This document shows, piece after piece, positions 1-22,095 of a stretch of DNA of 64,000 nucleotides (position 1 is the first letter of the stretch; every line of letters begins with the position of its first letter). Where the stretch lies: the NCBI RefSeq assembly GCF_009914755.1, contig NC_060925.1. One strand, written 5' to 3'. The notes beneath the pieces are model-generated. The model worked only from the letters and a program-made list of their open reading frames with translations. It ran no database searches and was not told where the DNA came from. Source of the DNA: the human T2T-CHM13v2.0 reference genome, Homo sapiens. Position numbers and translations under genes: made by a program.

Positions 1-200
1 AATAGGCCAAGCTCCACACTGCAATGCTGTACATTCATTATTGATGTGTGATGGGCTCATGAGAATTTATTATATAATTCTTTCAATTTTGAGTATATTT
101 GAAATCTTCCATGAAAAAATATTGAAGAAAACCTAACTTTTGGTGACTGGGATTCCCCAAAGAGATCCCCATATGGATAACTGCTTCAAGTTTTTATTAT

Positions 201-403
201 CATCAGACAACTGGAGAGGGTAAAATTATAGTTAAGTGCTGAAGTCATAAATTCAACATGGATCACTTAAGTCTATGTATCAGTTCCCATATACTAACTT
301 CATCAGACAACTGGAGAGGTTAAGATTATAGTTAAGTGCTTAAGTCATAAATTCAACATGGATCACTTAAGTCTAATTACATATCAGTTCCCATATACCA
401 ACT
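201..403 (+). repeat. Two-copy ~100-bp tandem duplication
   Basis: catcagacaactggagagg..ttcccatatac at 201-300 and 301-403. Confidence 0.95.
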
Positions 404-522
404 GTATTTCCTAGGACTCATAGATTTCCCTTTTCCTCATCTAAAAATGCAAACACCTACCACAAAGATTATTAGGATCAAGTACTAGATTGCTTGATAA
501 AAAAAAAAAAAGGTACACTCTC

Positions 523-1822
<1,300 letters not shown>

Positions 1823-2005
1823 ACTGAAAAAACAAAATGAACTGTAGATTTGATAATTTTCTAAGATCTATAGAAAATACACAATTCCTAGGTGACTACA
1901 AGGATAGTTAATTTAAGAAAAATAGTAATTCCTAAAAACCAACCTCCAACTATATTCAACTCCTTTTTCAGAGTACTTGAACTCAACATATTCAATTTTT
2001 ATTAG

Positions 2006-3610
<1,605 letters not shown>

Positions 3611-3673
3611 AGTTTACTTAATTAACTTCTGAGACTCAGAAAATCTCTAAAATCAGGTGGTATGATCAACTAT

Positions 3674-3974
3674 AGTCCCTCAGTATCCCTGGGGGATTGG
3701 TTCCAGGAACCATGCAAATACCAAAATCCACAGATGCTCAAGTTCCTTATATAAAATGGTACAGTATCTGCATATAACCTACGCAAATCCTTCAGTATAC
3801 TTAAAGCATCTCTAAATTACTTATAATACCTGATACAATGTACATAGTTGTTGTATTGTTTTTATTCATATTACTTGTATTGCTGGACTGTTCTTCCATT
3901 TTTCTAATATTTCTGATCCATGGTTGGCTGAATTTGCAGATGCAGAGCCCACAGATACAGAGGTCTGACTTGTA
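3674..3974 (+). mobile_element. MER2 (TcMar-Tigger)
   Basis: ccctcagtatcc..gggggattggttccagga..accaaaatccacagatgctcaagt..ccttatataaaatgg. Confidence 0.85.
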
Positions 3975-5294
3975 CTGTAATTCATTAAAAATGTTTATTG
4001 ATTTAATTCAGTAAATGTTGAGTACCTACTATAGGCAAGGTCCTGATGGAGTTAGTAGTTCCCATACACCAGACATGTGAAGAAACGTGGACACTAGAAA
4101 TATTACCATACCATAACTTGCTTATCACAAGCCTTGCTAAACTGTCACAAAATGATTTAAAAAAAGAATCATGCTCAAATGTTAGTTTTCACTGAAGAGA
4201 CTGATGGAAATAAAAAAAAAAACAGCTCTAGTCTATATTTTCATTTCATTCAAACAACATTATGCAGCCTAAATCACTTTTATAACTGTCAGAGAAGAGA
4301 CTGCAAGAAGGATCGAATACATAATGACTAATTTCATAGTTGTCTAGAGGGGAAGGGATGAGGGTTAATAGTCTCGCTTAGCTAATCATCTAGTCTGATT
4401 CATTTCTACCTTCATATAACCTCGAGGAAAAAAACGGTAGATAAACACATTTTAATTTTCCAATGTTCTAGAGACAGAAGTTGCTATTAGTACCACTGCT
4501 AAAGACCCAATCAAACAATCCCAATCTCTGGAGTTACAGCTTGATATACACAAAAATAAATTTCTTAAGTGCACAGGCTGGAAACCCTGAACTAAAGCAG
4601 CAATCTGGTGTCCCTGTGTTGAATTTAGCTCAGGATATTATAAAAATCTAAAAATTTCACATAAAAGCCAGAAAAAAAAAAAGAAGATTGGCAACTAAAT
4701 GACCAGATGTCAACAACCAGCTAGAGTTAACATTACTGGCATTACCAGGTACGGACCAGGAATCATAATTACTTGTCCTGCTTTTCTGAATAACAACTAT
4801 CCAGCTAAAAATACCAATGGCATCCCCACTGGTACAGCCTTTGAAGCTCCTTGAGAGCAGGAAACTATGCCTATATCTCTTCCTTCCAAAAACAAAAACA
4901 GCATAGTATTCTAGACAAAGAAAATAAACTTAGGATTAGTTGAGGATTCTAGAAACTTAAGTCAATATTCTCTTAAATACACAAGGAGGAAGTAGTTCAG
5001 ATATTAACCTAACTTTTGTCTAAGTACGCTTCTGTATATTCCACTTATATCATCAGAGTAACAGCTACAACTGACATTTAGAGATATCATCAAATGTAAT
5101 GGGTAATTCCAGGCAAAAACTAAAGTTAGGGAGCTCAGATTTAAGATCATTTTTATAAAGAAATCATTACAGCAAAGACATCAGGACAACTGATCTATTA
5201 GCATTATACAACAATAAATTTCACAATTTGCCAACAATTTCTATATTTTAAGAAGTATAAAGAAATTATGGCTTAGCCTAATAATAAAATCCAA

Positions 5295-6370
<1,076 letters not shown>

Positions 6371-7679
6371 TTAATCCAATGTGCTGGTTCTGGTAAAATA
6401 AAATAGTTGGTTCCAGTAAATAAAATAGTTCCCTTAAGTTTTACAAATCAATCTAATAAAACACGCTAAGAGTGTTTGTCATAGTTATATGCTTGTTGCT
6501 AAACATGTTCAGAATTTCTTAAATTACGTGGAAAAAACCGCAGAACTAATATTAATGATGACCTTTTGTTGACTACTCCTAGTATTTCTGGTTATAAAAA
6601 AGTACAGGTACATGTTTATAATGCGTTCACATTAGATGTGTTACAACGGATTTTATGAATTCTAATTTTGACTCAATGTTCCTTCAACTGTCCCGGTAAA
6701 AAGTTAACTAAGTGAACTCCTAATGCAACGAAAACACAGCACAACACTGGTTTCTAATTATCATTAGCTTAAAACTAGTAAAAAATGCCCAGCACCTAGT
6801 ACAATATGCATAGTGTCACAGAGAATAGGATTCTTTTGCTTACATGCAAATCTATACCAACACCATACATTTTGAAATGTTAAATATATTAGGGGACTAT
6901 CTAAGAATGTAAAGTTCAAATTAAGGTATCTTTTATTTTCCTGGAATACACGCACTATTTTAACAGCTTTCGTCTGGGAAAGTGGTGCCTTCAGGGCAAA
7001 TGCACGCACTACGTAATACAAAGAGGTCTGGTCAGTTTACGACTCTGAACTGAGAGGCAGATTCAAATTGAAACCTCTGGTATAATGGGCCTGAGGCCAT
7101 TTTGAGAAATAAGGGGGGCGGACTGGTGGAACAGACTGACACGTAAATCCCGCCCAGAAAAAGGCTGCTTTCAAGTCCCTTCCTTGTAGAGGTGTGACGG
7201 TGAATGGTACTGAAAGCGGTTTTAATTGCGAGAGAGAACGGAAATGAGCTGTAAAGGCTACTTTAATGATAAATCCCTTCCCTTGCTATGGCTCCAGGAC
7301 AGACCCTAGTTCTTTCCCAAACTCATTACCAGAACCTTCCATTAAATTGTGTGAAACTAACTGCGCTTTATCCCCTGGAAGAGGATCTTTATCTAAACTA
7401 GCTCACTGGAGACACGCGAGTGCCGCAGAAGCGGGAGAAAGACTTCAGGCCTTCTTTGCGTAGCACGCGTCGGGGTTCTAAGTGGATTAGGCACCAAGAA
7501 CACAAAACTGGGTTCTGGTCTCTAATCGTTATTACCAACATGGGGAAACGTGTCTCTTCACATTTCAGCCCGGAAGAACACCTCTTTCCTCTTCCTCATG
7601 CGCTTAAGGGTAGCGGCCTACTCAGTCAGCGGCCAATTACCGTGAGCTTTCGGGATTCCGCCGCGCGGTCCACACTTAC

Positions 7680-7799
7680 CTGCCGGGCTCTCTGCAGTGC
7701 ATCTTTGAAAGCGTCGTTAACTCCTCCACCACCACCGCCGCCACCACCGCCACCAGCTGAGCCAGAAGAGGGGGGAGGCACTGTTGAATAGTCTGCCAT
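7680..7799 (-). CDS. FUBP1: FUBP1 (far upstream element-binding protein 1) coding exon 1; remaining exons lie left of the window
   Basis: Reverse strand reads MADYSTVPPPSSGSA-G11-VNDAFKDALQRARQ (40 codons), Kozak ACCATGG, then phase-0 donor CAG|GTAAGT at 7679; recognised FUBP1 N-terminus. Confidence 0.98.
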
Positions 7800-7867
7800 G
7801 GTTGCACTATAAGAGCCGCTGCCGCCTGTTCAGAGACTTCCTCTCAGCTAACAGCTAAGAAAGAAAG

Positions 7868-7878
7868 AAAATGGCGGC
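7868..7878 (+). promoter_or_regulatory. YY1-type motif AAAATGGCGGC near the FUBP1 start region
   Basis: Matches the YY1 consensus; typical position in CpG-island promoters. Confidence 0.7.
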
Positions 7879-7946
7879 CGTCGAAGCTCTATTACATTCT
7901 TGCGCGACCATCGTGCCGTAAAGGGGCGGAGACTGAAGGAACAAAA

Positions 7947-8047
7947 TCTCGCGATGTTTCCGAGGCAACGCGCTGGTGTGGGTTAGGGCTGAGAAAGAAC
8001 GACAGGAACAGAGACGTCGCGAGGATTAAGTTTAAGACTTCGCGAGA
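7947..8047. promoter_or_regulatory. Three TCGCGA-core (BANP/CGCG-element-type) motifs
   Basis: TCTCGCGA 7947-7954, TCGCGAG 8017-8023, TTCGCGAGA 8039-8047. Confidence 0.6.
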
Positions 8048-8633
8048 ACAGAATTTCTTTTGGCACCTCCTCTCCGCGCGTTCTTGGGGTGAGGCTGGGT
8101 AATTGTTCCTGCAGGGTGGTGGGTGATAGTGGCCAGTTGACTGCGACTGTGTTTGGGTGGTGGGAAGCCTGAAGAAAAGGTTGTTTCTTACCGGTCGCTG
8201 CCTCAGGGAGGTAGTGCGGTAGAATTTTCCGCTATGGGTCATTCTCGGTGTCCGCGGGGAAGGGCGTGACAACGACGGGCGTGACGGCGAAGCAACAGTG
8301 TCTCGAGAGCGCTGCCGCCCGGAGGGCGCCAGGAGAAGTGCGTCCGAGACGCCGCGCGGTGATGCTCCTGAAAACGTCTGCCCGGCGTAGCGGGAACCCA
8401 GCATGATTTTCAGGGTAGTAAAGTGTCCCTGTATTTTACTTACAGACTGTCCGATTTTTTAGTTTTATCACGAGGGTGGGTGTTGAATTCAGGCTGGAAG
8501 CCTGTTAGTTCTCGACCATATTTTAAGTTTTTTGTTTAAAATAATGTGGATGAGGCTCTAAAAGTATGACTGCCCTTTTCTTTATCCAAAAACGTGATTG
8601 TTCTTAAAGTTCAGTGTTAGCCAGATTTAATAA

Positions 8634-12691
<4,058 letters not shown>

Positions 12692-12824
12692 AAATACACA
12701 AGTGTACAAGCTCTGGCCGACTTTTGCTTATTTTTAATGGCTTGCAGTTTGTTTCTAGTTATGGGTATATAGTCTTGAGATGAATTCAGGGTCTAGAAAC
12801 AGCTTTTTTTAAACTGTTAAAATA

Positions 12825-13125
12825 ATTAAATGGGAAGTGATTAGACTGGGGTACCTCCAGTGCCCTGTGTTCCTACATAAGCAAACTGAAACCTAATTCA
12901 ATGTAAACTGTCTTAACCAATCAGAAACTGCCAATTAACCTTTAACTAGGGACTTTTCACTGGAATGGTCCAAATCAGGCTGTTGCTCCACTTTAATCAA
13001 ATGTTTTCTTTGCCTTGTTTCTGCATTCATCCTGTGAAAATCCTCCTTATCCCTTCAGCCCTAAGTCATTGAACTACTTTCAATTGGGGTCTGTCCTATT
13101 CATGAATCAATTGAAAGTTTTTCTT
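12825..13125. mobile_element. Old LTR remnant (family uncertain)
   Basis: cttaaccaatcagaaac...taactagggacttt motif resembling old ERV LTRs. Confidence 0.45.
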
Positions 13126-15544
13126 TTAACTGGACTAACTCAAACTTTTTGTTAGCTAGACTAAGGCAGAGTTTCTTAACAAAAGGTCACCAGCATCATC
13201 AAGAGTGCTTTTTAGCCGTACGTGGACCTACTGAATCATGTTTTGGGGAATCTATATTTCTTTCTTTCTTTCTTTCTTTTTTTTTCCAGAAAGCATCATA
13301 GTTGATTCTACTCATCAAGATTTGAAAACTACCCTTTTACACAAAACATATTTAATATTTGAGGAATTAAAGTGAATTAAATTTTGTTTCCCTGGCTAGA
13401 TTGTAGTAAATGTTATGAATACAGAAATTTTGTCTTCTCCCTTTTCCCCTCCTCTGTATAAAAGAGGGCTTGTCAAGGACCGCGTCTTATTCTTTGGTTT
13501 GCCCAGTATGCTTTTATGTTGGTAAAAGTTTAATAAATATCAAGTTGAATTCTTTATTCCACTTATCATTTTCCTACAAAGCTACATATGATTATGAATG
13601 TGGAGGGCCTTTGAGGCCAGATGGCACTGAAGGGTAGTTTCACACAAACTTTTCTTAGAATATCAGTCTTGGAAAGACCTTGAAGGTAATCTCGCCCATT
13701 TGTTTCATTTTATATTGGAGGAAACCATAACACAGATTGCTGAGTGCCTTCTACAAAGTGCCAAGATTAATTGCAGAGCCAAGACTAGATTTCTAATCCA
13801 GTGCTCTTTATTTTGTGAACTGTCTTCTATATGAAGCATCGGTGTTTGGGTTGGAGGTTTTCTGCTTCTTAGGTACAAGAGGAAGAAGAATCTGTACAGA
13901 ACCAAAAACATCTTAATTTTTGTAATCAGGATGTCTACCTTTACTGACAACATTTACTGACAACATTTCCTTCTGAAAATAGGTTATTGAAAGATCAAGG
14001 ATCTTTGCCAGTGAAATCCTTAACTGGAAGTGGGTGGGTACAAGATAGAAAACTCATTTGGTATAACAATTTTGTTGTTTTTTAGTGGAACCTTGCTTCT
14101 CTGTTCTGACATTTCCATGTCTCTATTTATAGTAGTGATCTCTTTGGAATTTGCCTTCTGATTCCATTTGTTCCTTTATGTTGCTTCATATTAACTGATA
14201 TTCTCACTTCATTTAAAAAAAATTTGAAGGGACATGTACTTAAGAAAAAGGAATTAATTTTTTTATAAGAAATATCTGGAGGTACTATTTTTCTATGGTT
14301 TATCATAATCATTGTTTATGCCAGGTTATCTAATTGTAGCAATAATATAAATACTATTTTTTCAAGCAAGAATGTTAGTTTTAAAAAATTTATGTGCATA
14401 TTAAGCTTTAGACACCTTTTATCCAGGACAGATATTACCTTTAGATTCTTAACAACCTTGCTCCTTAACTATGCACTTTGATATAAATGAAGATTGAGAG
14501 GTTTTAGTTAGAGCTTTTAAGTGGTAAACGGTCAAGGGCAGGAGCTATCTTATTTACCTTTGAGATGACAATAATGCCTGGCATCTAGTAGGTCCTAATT
14601 AATCTATTCATTTATTCAATTCAACAAAAATTCTGGGCATTGTTCTAAGTGCTAGAGATACAGTAGTAAACAAAATAGACATATATCTCACCGTCTTGTC
14701 TTGAGCATGCTAGTGAGTGAAGGTGGATTGAAACCATGGATCACTTTGCAGAGACTCCCTATTGTTTTCAGACAATTATTTGTATCAGTCTAACCAATAA
14801 TATCCTGTAGCTAATTAAGCAATGGTTTGAAGAGTCAGAATGGGAGAAGCTGAATGATCAGATAGATCATTCATTCATTAAACATTTAATTTCCTAGTGT
14901 ATGTTAAATTATTTGAAACAAGCTAGTGAATGTGAGTCATTGTCATCCCAATTGTCAGCCTGATTCTTGTGCTCTGTTTATATCTTGGGGTAAAGACTTC
15001 AAGCTTCTGGCCAGGTTACAGCCCGGGAACTTCATCTCAGATCACATACCACTGAATCCTAAGTGCATAAAATAATGTGTGCCATGTAGTAAATATTACT
15101 ACATTAATCCTTAACTACTCGAAATGCAATTTCCTCACTACTTATGGCCACAGCCTGCATCTAGTCTTCATCCAGACAACTCAAACAATAAAAATCTTCA
15201 AGTCTGATATTCTCCTCAAGATGACCTCTTGTCAGTTTGTTTCCTAATGTACTTCTTCCGTTCCTCTAGTCTCTTGACACTTCTCTTTTCTTTCCATCTC
15301 TTACTTGCTGGCTTTCCTTCTTTGCCATTCACGTCAGTAATTCTCAACTCCCACTCCCCTTTGTCTTTTAGTTGTGTCCATTCTTTAAATCAACAACTCT
15401 TAATCAGTTCAAATTGACTTTGGAGTCGGATGAACTTCAAATCACCATTTGCTACTTCAGTGACCTTGCCAAATTCTTTAACCTTTTTTGAGTTTGTTTA
15501 CTCCTTGTCACCCTAAGCATTGTTTTGAAAATTAAATGAGATTA

Positions 15545-15955
15545 TTGTATCCAGATACTTTTGACCACAAGTAATGAAAACCCTTATTAAATGGCTTAAA
15601 TAATAAAAAATCCAGGGGTAGAGTGGCTCTAAGGCTGGTTGATGAGCAGCTCAACAATTTATGAGGTACCCATGTTTTTTTCATCTTTGCCTTCTACCAC
15701 CCTCAGCTTCTTGACTTTACTCCCCTAATGATTGCATAATGGTTGCCACAGTTCCAGGTGTCATGCAGTCATGATTGTTAAATGGAAGGGGAAAGTTTCT
15801 GCTACCAGTGTCCCTACCCTCCACCCCTGCCACAACTGCCAATCTTATTAACCTTGTCCTGACCAGAGTTGAGTCACAGGCTTACTCTATCAAGTGTCAT
15901 ACTGGCTTAGAATAATTAGGATTCATCTCAGGGGTGAGGGAGAGGCCCCACTTTC
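15545..15955. mobile_element. MLT1-type (ERVL-MaLR) LTR relic
   Basis: caagtaatgaaaacc..ggcttaaataataa..ggctggttgatgagcagctcaac pattern. Confidence 0.5.
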
Positions 15956-15999
15956 CTAGTAATAGTTATTCTTACTACTGCATTTGTGAGTGCTAGGAC

Positions 16000-17745
16000 T
16001 CAATCCTTGTGCCCTTTTACCCTATCTATGATTCTAGTAATTTCCTCTAGTCTCATGGTTTCAAATATCACCTACACTCTTCCCAAATTTTTCTCTTTTA
16101 AGAGACAGGATCTCTGTCGCCCAAACTGAAGTGCAGTGGTGCAATCTTAGCTCACTGCAGCCTTGAGCTCCTGGGCTCAAGTGATCCCCCTGCCTCAGCC
16201 TCCTGAGTAGCTAGGACTACAGGCATGCATCAGCACACCTGGCTAATTTTTAAATTTTTTGTAGAGATGGGGGTCTCGCTATGTTGCCTAGGCTGGTCTC
16301 AAACTCCTGGCCTCAAGCAGTCCTTCTGCCTTGGCCTCCCAAAGTGCTGAGTTTGAGCCACTGTGCCTGGCCCCATGCATCTTTATTTTATATGTCCAAT
16401 ATTGAACTCCTCAGTTTCTCCCTTCTCCCCTCTCTATTTTAGTAAGTAGCAAGTCTGTTCTGTGTTTGCTGAAGTTGAAAAACCTTGGTGTCCTTATTGG
16501 TTTTTCCTCACATTCCCTGTTTGATTCACCAGGAAATCCTGTTGACTCTACCTTTAAGATATATCCAGAAGTTCACCACTTCTCATCACCTCCACTGCTA
16601 CATCATGGTCCAAACCACCTGAATATATATGTATATTGCTACTTCAGTGACCTTGCCAAATTCTTTAACCTTTTTTGAGTTTGTTTAGTCTTTGGCACCC
16701 TAAGCCATATGTATATATGTATATATATTTTATATATGTACATATATATACATAAAGATTTTATATATATACATAATATATATGCATACATTATATATAT
16801 ACATAATATATATGCATACATTATATATATATGTGTGTGTGTGTATTTCCCCCCCCCCCCAGACAGTGTCTCACTTGGTCACTCAGGCTTGAGTGCAGTG
16901 TATAATCAGAGCTCACTGTAACCTCAAACTCCTGTGCTCAAGCAATCTTGCCTCGGCCTTCTGAGTAGCTAGGGTTACAGGCATGTGCCACCATATCTGG
17001 CTGACATTTTTTATCTTTTGTAGAGGCAGAGTATTGTTATATTGTCCAGGCTAGTCTGAAACTCGTGGCCTCAAGCTATCCTCCTGCCTCAGCATTCCAA
17101 AGTGCTGGGATTACAGGTCTGAGCCACTGTGCCCATCAGTTCTTATTGGTCTTCCACCCTTGCCCACCGTCTTTCCCACGCTGTTAAGAATCAAAGTGAC
17201 CTATCATTCGCGTAAAACTCTCCAATGGCATTGTATCTTCCCTCAGAATGTAAGTCAAAGTCTTTAGTGGCCTACAAGCCTCTGTATTGCATCTGTTATT
17301 TCTCTGACCATCTTTCAACCCCTTCACCATCTCTATCATTCTGACTCAGCCACCTTGCGGTTCCTCAAAGATGCCTTGCATTCCCTCACTTCTAGGCTTT
17401 GGTGTTTGATATTTCCCTCTATCCAATAAGTTCTACCATATGGATGCATAGCTTTCCTCCTTTCCTTTCAGATTGTAGTGCTAATATCATTTTCTCTGAA
17501 ATCATTTCTGGCTACCCTATCTAAATTTTGAATCTCCTTATTTACATTTTCTGCTTTATTTTTCTTAGCTTTTATCACCATCTAACACAACTTACAGTAT
17601 TTAAAAATTTTTATTGTATCTCCCCCTACTAGAATGTACAGAGAATGAGGCAGGGATTTTTGTTCATACTGTATCCCTAGCACCTAGAAAGGTGCCTTGG
17701 CATATGAAAGGTCCTTAATAAAAATTTGTGAGTAAATGAATGTTC
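16000..17745. mobile_element. L2 3' region interrupted by two minus-strand AluJ-like elements (~16095-16372, ~16860-17135) and a TA microsatellite
   Basis: cctgttgactctacct..ccacttctcatcacctccactgcta; ends cctagcacctagaa..ggcatat..aataaaaatttgtgagtaaatgaatg. Confidence 0.7.
16707..16860 (+). repeat. TA-rich microsatellite/minisatellite, (TG)n and C run
   Basis: Direct read; ttatatatatacataatatatatgcataca occurs twice. Confidence 0.9.
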
Positions 17746-18524
17746 ATTCATTCTGGTTTCAGCTGGGTCCTTAGTGGGATTTAGTAATTGTTTGTTTCTG
17801 ATCAGCTGCTTCCCTATTTTCCATAATTGACATACTGAACTACCACCATTCTTATCAAACACCCTACTTTACTCTGAATCCTTAGCAGTGGATGTCCCCC
17901 CACTCCTCTCTTTTTAAACAGAGTATTGATACTGTGTATGAACTTCTTGGTCTTCCTAGTCCTTTTACTTTCAAATTTATAAATTGTCGTCGTCTACTTC
18001 CTTTTGCTCTCAGAGCCCACCTCTAATTTTATTCACGTCTCATCTACTGGTACTCTTGGTATCAAATCGTATCAAATTTTATCTTCTTTGAGATGTCATT
18101 TAAGCAATTATTTCTTTTATTATATGTCTTACATGTTTTTAAATATCCTCCTCTATATTGTTTTCTTCTTCTCTGGACTATCTTAAAACCTCTTTTATCC
18201 TTTCCTTATTACAAGTCTATCTCCTTCAGACAACTTGTTAGAAATATTTAAATTTACCATTTCATTTTCATTTCCCTCTTAATGTTCAATTTACCACATT
18301 CTAGCTTTTATTGGTCACAATTCTATCTACCTCATAGAATTCTGAGAGACTAAATGAGGATACATGTGTTTTTAGGTTAATATTTTTTTGAGGGCTCACC
18401 AGGATTAACTATTACTACTGAAGCCAAAATCATTCTCACTCTTACAGATACTTTTCTATCATCTTTATTTACTTTTCTATATCCCTCATGAAATAGCTTC
18501 TGTCTTTTGGTTTTTGGACACTAG

Positions 18525-19000
18525 TGGTGTCAGGATGCCTTCAGCTCCAAGTAAGAGAATCTCTTAAGTCCAATGATAGGTAGTTCCAAGATTGATTTAG
18601 AGATGCAACACTGTCAAGTTAGGCTCTTACTGTCTTTGTATTCTGCCGTTTTCACTGTGTCATAGACGTCTACCTTTAGGATTGTAAGAATTTCATTATT
18701 CAAAAACAGGATGCAGTGCTGGGGTTTCTCCTTGGTGGATATCTCCTTATAGGGAGGAAAATCCCCAGAACATCTCTCTTACATCTCATTGGCTAGAACC
18801 ATGTCACATGTCTGCCCTTAAACAATCACTGGCAAAGGAAATACTACTGTGATTGATTTAAATCAACCCTGAGCCATCCCCAAGAGACTGGGGGATGCTC
18901 TCACCTTCCTTGAGTTCATTACTCTATTTCTGGGAGAAGATATCTGTTAGCTAGAAAGAAGATATGAATGGTTCTTTGGTATGTAACCAGCAGTGTCTGC
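18525..19000. mobile_element. MLT1-type LTR relic
   Basis: tgtcaggatgccttcagc..caagtaa; acatctcattggctagaac..gtcacatg..ccctta..caatcactggcaaagg. Confidence 0.5.
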
Positions 19001-20127
19001 CGTAGCATTCTCACCTGGTTGATCTCTGATGGTTCCTTCTGTCTTTTTTATTGTCTCCTGTTGATTGATGTGCCCCTTAAATGCTGGTCATCCCAAAGTT
19101 CTGTCTTTGATTCTTTCCAAAAATTGTTCCTCCTTCACACTATAAAATATCACTTGCATTAGGATCCTTTCTAAATATTTGTCTCCAACTAATATTTCTA
19201 AGCTCCAGTTCAGAATATCTCCTGGATGTCTTCATCCACGTTCAATTCAAATGAATATTGTTGTGTTGGTTTTTGGTGAGTCAAAAATTAAATAAAATTT
19301 ACCTTATATTATCTTACATTTTAATGAGGTAGTTAGCCAGAGAAATAGATAACTAGGAATGCAGTCTTATGCAGCAAAACTTACCAACTATTGAAGTAGC
19401 ATAGATGAAGGGGTTATTAATAAGGTTACAGGAATGTTCACAGTAGAACTTGTCTTTACACTTAAAAAGTACTCTTCTTATATTCTATACTTTCATTAGT
19501 AGCACAACTGTGCACACCTTTGTCAATCCAGAAATGGGCAGTCTGAAATCCTTCCTCTTCTCTACATCCAGCTGATGGGCAAATTATACAGATGCTATTT
19601 CTTACTACTTAATCCTACCTGTTGGTCTGGTTATATCATAGTCATCCTACTTTAGGTTCTTGTTATTTCTCATCTCTTTGTGATTCATTCATTCAGTAAA
19701 AGTTTATTGAACAGCAATATATTGTAAACGCCTTGTTCTAGAAATAAAACAGGACCCCGCTGGTTACAATCCAGTGGATGAGGCATAAACACACAGATGG
19801 TTATGTAAGGTGATGTGTAATACAGTGGAGATATGGGGGGAAGTGTAGGAGCTCAAGGTCCGGGGAATCTAACCCAAGTTTGGGCTTCACAGAAGCCCAT
19901 CTACAGGGTGAGTCTCAAAGCAGAAGTAAGCTAGGTGAAGGGCTCCTGGAGTAGGGAAGAGGGAAATACACCTACACACATGCCCTATTTGCTTTATATA
20001 TAACAAATATCCCTTCAAAGGTATTAACTTTGGTGCCTGTGTACTCATTAATGTTACCGTTGTTCAAAAACAATTTTTTAACTGATTATGGTTAATGCAG
20101 AAGATTCTCAGTAATGATATTATTATA

Positions 20128-21320
<1,193 letters not shown>

Positions 21321-21964
21321 TTATGACCAGGACCGATGAATTAGATGGGAATGGTCAAGGGGAACAATACAGAGGTATGATTATTAAACAGTCTTTCTCT
21401 GCCTTTTAAAACACATGCCACCCTTTTTGATAAGCATCTCACCTCACACTTTAAATATTCTAATATATTCCCTTTAGCAGTCATGTCCAGGTTGAGAATC
21501 AGCGTATAAGTTTTATTTTACCATCAGACAAGCAAAAACAGGTTGACCTTTATTCTTTTTTTTTGAGACAGAGTCTCTGTTGCCCAGGCTGGAATGCAAT
21601 GGTGCGATCTCAGTCACTACAACCTCTGCCTCCCGGGTTCAAGCGATTATCCTGCTTCAGCCTCCCGAGTAGCTGGAATTACAGGCATGTGCTACCACAC
21701 CTGGCTAATTTTTGTATTTTTAGTAGAGACAGGGTTTAACCATGTTGGCCAGGCTGGTCTCGAACTCCTGACCTGAGGTGATCTGTCCGCCTCAGCCTCC
21801 CAAAGTGCTAGGATTATAGGCTTGAGCCACCGCGCCCGGCCTATTTCTGAGTGTTTATTGTAAAAACTATAGTTTTTAAAGTTTGCCAGATGCAATAAAA
21901 TTTTATCATGTTTAGTGCTTTATTTAGACTTTGCTCTCCCTCCAGCGAAGAATAATTTGTATAA

Positions 21965-22095
21965 AGCAGAAGTTGGCAAACATTTCCTGGTAAGGGCCAG
22001 ACGGTAACTATTTTAGGCCTTGTGGGCCATACAGTCTCTGCTGCAGCTACTCAACTCTACCGCTGTCTGGCAAAAGCAACAATAGACATTAGGTA
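21965..22095 (+). mobile_element. MER58A fragment
   Basis: gttggcaaac..taagggccagacggtaactattttaggc..tgggccatacagtctctg. Confidence 0.75.

Larger units (their letters stand above)
7400..8480. promoter_or_regulatory. CpG island, FUBP1 promoter (probably bidirectional)
   Basis: Dense CpG and high GC against AT-rich flanks; spans FUBP1 exon 1; GC box GGGGCGG 7923-7929. Confidence 0.9.

Noticed and set aside
7420-7791. 123-aa plus-strand ORF with poly-Pro
   Set aside because: Antisense shadow of the FUBP1 poly-Gly codons in GC-rich DNA; non-ATG start
7800-8242. N-terminally extended FUBP1 via the upstream exon
   Set aside because: Both candidate acceptors (7855, 7848) lead to a stop before the FUBP1 ATG
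7892-8404. 170-aa minus-strand ORF upstream of FUBP1
   Set aside because: CpG-island stop-codon scarcity and no recognisable domain; only its spliced uORF portion is kept as a hypothesis
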